Position numbers and translations under genes: made by a program. DNA of 39,015 nt, taken from a virus. Lineage: Duplodnaviria; Caudoviricetes. Location: positions 1-39,015 of the IMG/VR virus record IMGVR_UViG_3300046000_002084. One strand, 5' to 3'. Under the pieces are notes generated by a model. The model was not told the DNA's origin. It did not search any database and was given only the letters and a program-made list of their open reading frames with translations. This document shows, in pieces, positions 24,020 through 32,800 of the stretch; within the stretch, counting starts at the first letter, position 1, and the number at the start of each line of letters is the position of its first letter.

Positions 24020-24086
24020 AGTCTCTCACGCTTGTGTGATGTTTGTCAAGTATTGCCCACGCTCAAGAAATGTGATGTTCGTCACA
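24020..24086 (-). promoter_or_regulatory. Leading early promoter with CRP boxes
   Basis: TTGACA (24049-24044)-18 nt-GAGACT (24025-24020). AAA-TGTGA-TGTTCG-TCACA at 24068-24086. A degenerate box at 24035-24050 overlaps the -35. Confidence 0.65.
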
Positions 24087-24089
24087 CTT

Positions 24090-24737
24090 TCGGAACCTGT
24101 GAGGGAGGTTAGGTCTGTCGATTTGTCGACAATTCTAGAGGGTCTAAGTGATTGAAGTTTCAACTACTTCCCCGCATTCTTGGATTCAATTCAAAAAGAC
24201 TAGACCCCGCGAATATGGACGGGGGATAGTCGCCTAATCAATCTTTCCATTTGTACATTCATTCCTTGCCAACTTCTGGCATTTATACCCCGCAACCTGC
24301 GGGATTTATTATGTAAAGTAAACTCTAACCCTCAGGTATACGTTGAGGGTCTAGGTTCCGTAGGTTCTTGCCTACCTTTTGACCGTAGGGTTGTTTAATT
24401 TGCTCACTTACTTGTATATATACTCCCATCATAATTTTCTGTTATATTTGCTAAATGCGCCCTGACCAGGGCTTTTATATATATTAGCCCCCCTTATATA
24501 AATATTTAAAAATATATTGATATTAAGTGTTCGGTTTTGGTACTTTGAACGGGTTATCTTATATGTAAAGATTAATTATAATCTTTAACGGATTAACCTC
24601 CGTTTGCTCTACGGTTAATCCTTAATAATATATAATATATATAACAGTTACCACAGTTATGCCGTCAGGCAGATACCGTTTATTGAGCGTTTTTAAACCT
24701 CTACAGAGGGCGACGAAATACACCCTAGGGGGCACCA
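24090..24737. other. Non-coding divergence region rich in palindromes (candidate terminus/pac/ori)
   Basis: No convincing ORF; lies between early and late units; many inverted repeats and AT tracts. Confidence 0.55.
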
Positions 24738-26603
24738 ATGGGACGCAGACCTGGGATACAAAACATCCCTAAGCACGAGGCTCAAGAGAAGGTTCTCCTA
24801 CAACTTGAGCAAGGTTCGACCATTACCGCTGCTATGGCATCGGTTGGGCGCAATGATGTTACCTTTCGCCAATGGTCAATGAATGAACCAGCCTTCAAGG
24901 AACGAGCCGACAAAGCCCGACTGGTAGGCAAGGGAGTTATCGCTGACTTAGGCGACCTAAAGGAAATCTCCTTCCCTGACTTTTGTGAGCAGTTCTTGGA
25001 TACCAAGATGTTCCCTCACCAGTTGAACTGGATTGACTTAATCGAGGGGCGCGAGCCGCGCTGGATGCACCCTGCTATGACCTACGAGCCAGGCGCTACC
25101 AACAGAGTGCTCGTCAACGTTCCACCTGAGCACGCAAAGTCCACAGTCATCACGACCAACTACGTGACCTACAAGATTGTGACCAACCCTAACTCACGAG
25201 TCATCATCGTTTCAAAGACTCAGGGTATGGCACGCAAGTTCCTCGGTGCTATCAAGACAAGACTTAACCACCCCGCCTTTATTAAACTGCAGACCGCTTT
25301 TGGTCCAAATGGCGGATATAAGGCAGACGCCACTACGTGGTCTGCAGATATGATTTATTTAGGTACAGGACGCGATAGTGGCGAAAAAGACCCAACCGTC
25401 CAAGCCTTAGGTTTAGGTTCACAGATTTACGGTGCTCGTGCCGACTTGATTATCGTCGACGACGCTGTGATGGGTTCCAATGCCCACGAGTGGGAAAAGC
25501 AGATGGAATGGCTTCAGAAGGAAGTTATCACCCGTCTAGGACGCTACGGTAAACTTATCATCGTAGGTACCAGAGTTTCATCTATCGACCTCTACAAGAT
25601 GCTACGAGATGGCTCACAGTGGACAGGTGGCAAATCACCCTTTACTTATATGGCTATGCCAGCAGTTTTAGAATTTGATGAGAAACCTGCAAATTGGAAA
25701 ACCCTTTGGGCTAAAACAGATAGACCCGAAGGAGATGTGGACGAACCTGATGCTGACGGACTTTATCCGAAATGGGATGGACCCGCGCTCTTTACAAGGC
25801 GCTCTGAAGTCGCTCCGTCAGTCTGGGCTATGGTCTACCAGCAAGAGGATGTCCAAGAAGACTCAATATTCTCTCCAACCTGTGTGGCTGGCTCAGTCAA
25901 CGGAATGCGAAAAAGAGGACCTCTAAAAGCAGGCAACCCTGGTCACCCTACTCACGTCGAGGGTTACACCATCATCGGTCTTGACCCTGCTATGGCAGGT
26001 GCTACAGGTGCTGTGGTTTGTACCTACAACAGAGCCGATGGAAAAATCTATGTGCTAGATGCTGTCAATATGACAGAGCCTACACCTCAGAAGATTCAAA
26101 ATTTAATCGAAGATTGGGTGGAGAAATACCGCCCTCAAGAATTGCGTATCGAAATCAACGCGCATCAGAAGGCGTATGCACTCGACGAAAACTTACGTAA
26201 CTTTCTAGCAGGTTACGGTACGCAACTTAATTCTCACTTTACAGGTAAGAACAAGTGGGACACATCTTTTGGTGTGGCATCTATGGCTACCCTCTTTGGT
26301 AATACCAGAGATGGACGATTCCAAGATAACAACATTATCGAACTACCAAGCAATGAGGGTTCAGAGGGTCTTAAGACTCTAGTACAGGAACTCATTACCT
26401 GGAAGCCAGATACTAAGAACCCTACTGACGTTGTTATGGCTCTATGGTTTACCGTCATCCGTATTCGAGAGATGATGCAGAAGTCAAGTCAAGCAGCGCA
26501 ATACCAATCAAACCGTTGGGCAACTCGTGCTCAGCAAGGTCGCAGATACGCAGTCAACTTAGATGACGCATTCGCAGACCAATGGTCAGGTCAATACGGA
26601 TAA
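24738..26603 (+). CDS. terL: Terminase large subunit with N-terminal HTH-like extension
   Basis: PHQ, Walker A variant PPEHAKST, GARADLIIVDD, VGTR, YQQ, nuclease IIGLDPA, DVVMAL. Confidence 0.93.
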   Translation: MGRRPGIQNIPKHEAQEKVLLQLEQGSTITAAMASVGRNDVTFRQWSMNEPAFKERADKARLVGKGVIADLGDLKEISFPDFCEQFLDTKMFPHQLNWIDLIEGREPRWMHPAMTYEPGATNRVLVNVPPEHAKSTVITTNYVTYKIVTNPNSRVIIVSKTQGMARKFLGAIKTRLNHPAFIKLQTAFGPNGGYKADATTWSADMIYLGTGRDSGEKDPTVQALGLGSQIYGARADLIIVDDAVMGSNAHEWEKQMEWLQKEVITRLGRYGKLIIVGTRVSSIDLYKMLRDGSQWTGGKSPFTYMAMPAVLEFDEKPANWKTLWAKTDRPEGDVDEPDADGLYPKWDGPALFTRRSEVAPSVWAMVYQQEDVQEDSIFSPTCVAGSVNGMRKRGPLKAGNPGHPTHVEGYTIIGLDPAMAGATGAVVCTYNRADGKIYVLDAVNMTEPTPQKIQNLIEDWVEKYRPQELRIEINAHQKAYALDENLRNFLAGYGTQLNSHFTGKNKWDTSFGVASMATLFGNTRDGRFQDNNIIELPSNEGSEGLKTLVQELITWKPDTKNPTDVVMALWFTVIRIREMMQKSSQAAQYQSNRWATRAQQGRRYAVNLDDAFADQWSGQYG

Positions 26604-26611
26604 GGATGACA

Positions 26612-28399
26612 ATGGCATTATCAATGGAACAGGTAGCAGCGAGAGTAACCTCTTTGCGCTACCGCAATAGTGAGCGCGATGCTCGCAACCTTGACGTCCT
26701 TGCTGTCCGTAAGGGTCAAATCTCACAGGTTTACCCTGACTTCTTTCCAGATGGCGTAGACGCCAACGTAGTTGCCAACTTCATTGACGTAGTAGCACGT
26801 GACCTTTCAGAGGTTATGGCACCACTGCCAGCAGTAAACTGCTCAGCAGCAAATTCAGTTTCAGACAGAGCGCGACAGTTTGCTGACAAGCGTACTCGTA
26901 TTGCATCAAACTACTTTTCACATTCAGACTTATCAGTACAGATGTATTCAGGCGCTGACTGGTATATCACTTATGGTTTCGTTCCGTTCATTATTGAACT
27001 GGACGAAGAAGCAAAACTGCCACGTATCCGCATAGAAAACCCGATAGGTTCCTATCCAGAGTTTGACCGCTATGGACGTTGTGTGGCATTTGCTAAAAGA
27101 TATCTTATGACATTGGGCGAACTCGTTACTCAGTTTCCAGAGTTTGAGAGGGAACTGCTCGGTGGTCAAGGCTACAAGCAAGACCTCAATAACGAGGTTG
27201 AGTTAATTCGCTATTATGACAAAGACCAATCAATCATTTACTTACCAACAAAGCAAGACCTGATTCTTTCTAAGGTTAAGAATCCTCTAGGTAAGATGAT
27301 GGTTATTGTTGCACGTAAGCCTTCAGTTGATGGCGAACTACGTGGACAATTTGATGATGTCCTAGGTATCCAGTTGTTACGCAACCGCTTTGCGTTGCTT
27401 GCAATGGAAGCAGCAGAGAAATCTGTTCAGGCTCCTATCGTACTTCCACAGGATGTACAAGAGTTGCAACTTGGTGGAGACGCAGTTATCCGTACTGCTA
27501 ACCCAGCAGGTGTACGTCGTGTTGAACTCACACTTCCACAAGGTGCATTTACTGAGCAGACATTGCTTAACCAAGAACTTCGTGTTGGTACACGTTACCC
27601 TGAATCTCGTACAGGTAACATTGATGCTTCAATCGTCACTGGACAAGGCGTACAAGCACTTATGGGTGCATTCGATACCCAGGTCAAATCAGCACAGGCT
27701 ATCTTTGCTGCAGCACTGCGCGATGTTATTAGCCTTTGCTTTGAAGTTGATGAAGTTATTTATCCAGAAGAAAAAACAATCCGAGGCGTAGATTCTGGTT
27801 CTCCATATGAAATTGAATACAAGCCATCTAAGGACATCAAGAATGATTATTCTGCTGACGTTCGTTACGGTATGCTTGCTGGTCTTAACCCAGCGCAAGG
27901 TCTTATCTTTATGCTTCAAGCACTTGGAGGAAAACTCATCAGCCGAGATATGGCTATGAGAGAACTTCCATTTACTGTAAACGTAACTCAAGAACTTGAA
28001 AAGATTGAAATTGAAGATATGCGTGCCGCATTACTTGGTTCGCTTACTGCCTATACACAAGCCATCCCACAAATGGCAACACAAGGTCAGGATGCTTCAG
28101 AGGTAGTACGTAAGATTGCTGCGGTTATCAAGGCTCGTCAAAAAGGTCAAGCATTAGAGGACGCAATTGAAGCCACATTCGCTCCGCAGCAGCAAGTTCC
28201 TCCTGCTGGGGCACCACAAGCGGTTGAGCAAATGTCCCCTGCTCCCGAAGGCGTTCCAGCAGGAGGCGCTATTGCTCCAGAAGGTGCACCAGAAATTGCA
28301 CCACCAGAGCAAGCACCACCAGACATTATGAGTATTCTCTCTAGCCTTACGGGCGGTGGAGAAGCAAACGCAAGTGTAAGAACCGTAGCACGTAGATAA
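26612..28399 (+). CDS. Portal protein
   Basis: Follows terminase; VVANFIDVVARD; about 595 aa with Pro/Ala tail. AAGGA RBS favours ATG 26612. Confidence 0.85.
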   Translation: MALSMEQVAARVTSLRYRNSERDARNLDVLAVRKGQISQVYPDFFPDGVDANVVANFIDVVARDLSEVMAPLPAVNCSAANSVSDRARQFADKRTRIASNYFSHSDLSVQMYSGADWYITYGFVPFIIELDEEAKLPRIRIENPIGSYPEFDRYGRCVAFAKRYLMTLGELVTQFPEFERELLGGQGYKQDLNNEVELIRYYDKDQSIIYLPTKQDLILSKVKNPLGKMMVIVARKPSVDGELRGQFDDVLGIQLLRNRFALLAMEAAEKSVQAPIVLPQDVQELQLGGDAVIRTANPAGVRRVELTLPQGAFTEQTLLNQELRVGTRYPESRTGNIDASIVTGQGVQALMGAFDTQVKSAQAIFAAALRDVISLCFEVDEVIYPEEKTIRGVDSGSPYEIEYKPSKDIKNDYSADVRYGMLAGLNPAQGLIFMLQALGGKLISRDMAMRELPFTVNVTQELEKIEIEDMRAALLGSLTAYTQAIPQMATQGQDASEVVRKIAAVIKARQKGQALEDAIEATFAPQQQVPPAGAPQAVEQMSPAPEGVPAGGAIAPEGAPEIAPPEQAPPDIMSILSSLTGGGEANASVRTVARR

Positions 28400-28414
28400 T
28401 TGAGGTAGGGGACA

Positions 28415-28951
28415 ATGACAACAATTATCGGCGTTGAATACGCAAATCGCTGTGTTGTTCTTGGCGATTCTCGTGTAGTAGGTGACTCAAAGATTTATTC
28501 TCATCCAGATATGGTTAAAGTTATAACTAACGGAAACTTTATTATTGGAGCAGCAGGTGATGTACGAGCACTGCAAGTTATCTTGCATACTTGGAAGCCG
28601 CCTACAGCGATTGCTAAAGATAAAGAAAATCCTTTTCAGTTTATGGTCAACAAGGTTGTTACATCTCTTAAGCAACAACTGACCGATTCTAATATTTTAG
28701 ACGCAAAGTCGACAGACAAAGAGTTTGAACTTTATGTGTTAATAGCATTTAATGGAAACATCTTTGAAATTGATAGCGACTTTGCAGTCTCTCGTAGTGA
28801 TTCAGGATATTACGGTATAGGCACTGGTGGAGATTATGCTCTCGGTGCGCTTTATGCAGGTGCCACTCCAGAACAAGCAGCATCTATTGCTGCACTTAAT
28901 GATAGCAAAACAGCGGAACCATTTATATTAGAAACTCAGTACAAAAAATGA
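28415..28951 (+). CDS. HslV/proteasome-beta-like Ntn peptidase
   Basis: M-TTIIG N-terminal Thr, GDSR, K, IGAAG, GIGTGGDYALGAL. Confidence 0.85.
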   Translation: MTTIIGVEYANRCVVLGDSRVVGDSKIYSHPDMVKVITNGNFIIGAAGDVRALQVILHTWKPPTAIAKDKENPFQFMVNKVVTSLKQQLTDSNILDAKSTDKEFELYVLIAFNGNIFEIDSDFAVSRSDSGYYGIGTGGDYALGALYAGATPEQAASIAALNDSKTAEPFILETQYKK

Positions 28952-29202
28952 GTGAAGAGTTCCGCGAAGCAGTAGATGATGCTCTACGTTTATTAGTAGA
29001 TACAGACTCTACTGGTAAAAACTACATTGCTTCAGGTTGGGTTTTAATATCCGAATGGGCAGATTACAAAGGTAATCGCTTTCTTCATACAGAAGTAAGC
29101 GAAGCAATGACTCCTTGGAATGCAGCGGGAATGATGCGCTTAGCCGAAGAGTACAACAGCGAACTTGAAGATACTTTTACAGAAGAAGAGGATAACCAGT
29201 GA
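28948..29202 (+). CDS. Hypothetical acidic protein
   Basis: 84 aa; ATGA overlap. Confidence 0.7.
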   Translation: MSEEFREAVDDALRLLVDTDSTGKNYIASGWVLISEWADYKGNRFLHTEVSEAMTPWNAAGMMRLAEEYNSELEDTFTEEEDNQ

Positions 29203-29684
29203 CTACAGCACCTGATGATAGAGGCGGAGACCGCCCCACTGCACCTCAGAACAACCCTGCAAACATTTCTGCTACAGGCGGAGCAGGTGGAACTGGTAAG
29301 CAAGCACCTAAGTATATTCCAGGTATGAAGAGTTTAGGTTCAACAGGAGTAGAAACTATGGCACAACAGGGCGCAGCAACAATGGCAGGTGACCCTGTAC
29401 CTGCAGTACAGCCTCCTACAAACCCAATGGAGTCAATGTTGTCTAGTATTACACCACTTGATGCCGAATCAATGGATGATTTGCCTATCTCTGATGGTGT
29501 AGATATAGGTCGTGGTCGTGGTTCTGAAGCATTAAATCCACGTTTAACATCTGCAATTAATCAAGATGAAAACATAGCACTAATTAAACGCTATCTTCCA
29601 GATTTAATGAATGCGACTCGTCTACAAGGCGCACCTGATTCTTACAAGCAGTTTGTTAACTACCTGAAAAACAAGATACTTTAA
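29199..29684 (+). CDS. Hypothetical virion protein
   Basis: GAGGA RBS with GTG start; low complexity; PISDGVDIGRGRG. Confidence 0.75.
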   Translation: MTTAPDDRGGDRPTAPQNNPANISATGGAGGTGKQAPKYIPGMKSLGSTGVETMAQQGAATMAGDPVPAVQPPTNPMESMLSSITPLDAESMDDLPISDGVDIGRGRGSEALNPRLTSAINQDENIALIKRYLPDLMNATRLQGAPDSYKQFVNYLKNKIL

Positions 29685-29887
29685 TGAGATGGGTAGAAAA
29701 TAACTTCTTTGACCACCTAGATAAGTTTGCTAACTCTCTAGGTTATGACAACTTTGAAATAGCAATCCCTTTAGCAATGGTTCCTTGGGAGTCACCCGAA
29801 GATAGAGATATCTTTATTCTTACCATCACTGGTAATGAAGTACAAGGTGGTAGCCCTGATACATTTACAGCAGCGGAGGTGAAGTAA
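29684..29887 (+). CDS. Hypothetical protein
   Basis: 67 aa; TAATG-coupled. Confidence 0.7.
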   Translation: MRWVENNFFDHLDKFANSLGYDNFEIAIPLAMVPWESPEDRDIFILTITGNEVQGGSPDTFTAAEVK

Positions 29888-32800
29888 TGCCAGTATGGGA
29901 AGACTTCATCAACTCCGTTAAAGGCGCAGCCAAGGGAATTGCATCACTTCCTGGCGCTCTGATTGGTAACGTAGCAACATCTGGTGCTCAATTCGGCGCC
30001 GCACAAACATTCAAGGGTTCTCCAGAGGCTGCTGCTGCAGCGGGTATTGCTGCTGAAACAGGAACACAAAAGTCTTTGCAAAAGGCTGGGCTTTCTACTG
30101 TTCAAGACACCACCGCAAAAGTTGTTGACCCAATTCTCTATACTGCTCAAAAGGCTGAAGAGTATGTATTTAGTCCTATCATTGCTCGTCCTATTTCAAC
30201 AGCATTTTTACTTACTGACCCAAGTAGTCGTTTGTACAAATCTGGTGAGTATGGTAAAGGTTTTCAGCCCTCAGATGTAATTGATGCCTACGAGCGAAGC
30301 AAAAAGGTTTCTCTTGGCGTGTCTATGCTTAAGAGTTATATTTCACCACTAGGTGCATTTGAAAGTCTTATTCTTAAAAATGGTGGGATTGATGTTGCAG
30401 ATGTTGACCTATGGGATGATGTTCAGATTCAAAAAAACTTTGAGGAAAATACTCTTGGTAGATGGATTACAGGAACTAACGATTTCCTAATCAAGAATAT
30501 TGCAATCAATGTTGCAGGTGCTGGTCTTGCAGCAGGTGTCCGCGCTAGCGCATTAAAGGCTGGTCTTAACACACGCTTCCGCGCTGGTGATGTAGATGCT
30601 ATGCCTAAGGCTGAAGACTTAATTAATCAGCACATTGCATTCCGTAAATCTGGTGGAACAGAGGGCAACTTAACTGTCTTTGGACAAGATATTGAAAAAC
30701 TTGCAGCATCTAAAAATGATATTGAAATTAAAGAAATTCTTAAAAATCATACAACGGTCACACCAAACATAGTTAAACTTATAAAAGATACAGAATCTTC
30801 AGAAGTTGTGCGTGATTTTATTCTTGCAGGTAAAGGTTATGCGCCTGCAATTGAACGTTTGGCTTCTGCTGGTATGCGTGATGACCTATGGGTATTAGGT
30901 GATGGTAACTTGGTTATCCAAGGCAACTACGCTGCAACTGGACAACTTCCAAAGTTAACACCTGAAAATTCTGCTCGTGTACTTGGTGCATTTGATGATG
31001 CTATTAAAAAGAACCCTAAGCACCAAGAAATTTATGATGCCTTCTTAAAAGAAGTTGAAGACCCAAGTACTGGAATTGTATCGACTGAACCAACGTTTTT
31101 TGGTAAGAACTATAAGCCTGCAGAGCCAATCCTTGGACGCAAGGGATATGCTGCTGCACGTTCTCGAAAGCAAGATATTGGTCTTGCAGTTGCACAGCGT
31201 GACTTCTCTAATGCTGGTGGATTTACACAGACAGTACTGCAAAGTAAATATCTCAATGGACCAACTACGGTTCTTATCCGTACACTTGGAACAATGATGC
31301 CTAAGGGGTTTATTACTAACTCAGGTATCCGTCCTCAAAATGGTATTGACGAACTTATTGCTACATTTGATGATGTTCCTTTGTTTACTCGTGGCAATAA
31401 AATGATTGTAAATCACGAAAACATACCAATGACTGTATCGCAGTATCGCCTTGAAATAATTGATAAGTTTGTTTCAGCAAAAACTGACGGTGACCGAGCC
31501 GCAATGATTAATAACCTTAATACAGAACTTGCTCGCTCTATTGCATTTACTCGTGGATTTACTGACACAAATGTAATTGATACTTTTGTAAGTAATCTAA
31601 TGAAAGACGTATACACTGTACACGGAGACCTAAAGCGTATGGGTACAGCACTTGACCCAAGCGGTACAAGACTTCAAGTTGCTCCCAAAACTCAGGCTCA
31701 ACTTGCCAACTCAATGCCTATGCTACCATTTGGCGAACTTGACAGAATGCTTGCTCGTGCTGCAAGTCGTGAGAAAAATATAGTAACTGGTGGTATTCAG
31801 ACTGCAGGTGGTGTAGCACGCGATTCTATGCGTGGCATATTTGAACTTGGTAACAAGGCGTTCTCTATTTCAGCATTGTATCGTTTCAGTTATATTCCAA
31901 AGAACTCAATCTTTGAGCCTTTACTTGCAGCAACTATGGCTGAAGGCAGCAAGTTTTTTACCACTATGTTTGGTGCTGCTGCTAAGCAGATTATTAAGAA
32001 CGATGTAAATTTTGTAATTCGTAATATTGAAAAGTCTAAAACTATTTTGCCTAACGCAAAAAATGAGATTCAAAAAGAAATTAAGGCTTTGGCACAGCAG
32101 TATAATACTGCTATTACTAATCGAGACATTACATACGCTAAGTATGAGCAACTATTTGCAGATGTTCCTGGGGTATCTCCAGCAACCAAGCGTGAATGGG
32201 CAGATGTCGTTAAAGAAGACCTGCGGGCTGCAGAAAAAATGGTTGACTTCCTTGAGGTTAAACTCAATAAGTACACTGTTGAATACGGCAAGCCTATTGA
32301 TGTGCCATCTTTGTACAACTTAAAGCGTAGAGTTGAAACTCTTAAGAATATTGGGAAGCAAACAACGGAAGTACAACCAAAAGAAATTATTGCTCCAATT
32401 ATTACTGATGAAAATTCAATTGTTTTACTACTTAACAGTCAACGCTCCAAAGGTTTTACTGTTGAAAATTATAAACAATATGAAGATTCATTAATAAATT
32501 ACACAAATGGTAGTGGAGATTACAGTCTTGTTAATACTGTTCTTCGCGGTGGGTATAACGCTGGCGCAAAAGAAACAGTAAAAGTTAATAAGATTGTCGG
32601 TGATTTAGATTTTCTTATCTCAAAAGCGCCAGTTCTTGAAACTCCAATTACTACATTTCGCGGGATGTCATCTGACAGATTTAGCAAAGAGTACTTAGAC
32701 AATTTACGTGATTTAAAGCCAGGAGATACATTTGTTGAAAAGTCTTTTTCCTCAACTGATATAAAAGAAGCAGTAGGAAAAAGATTTGCAAGAGACAATG

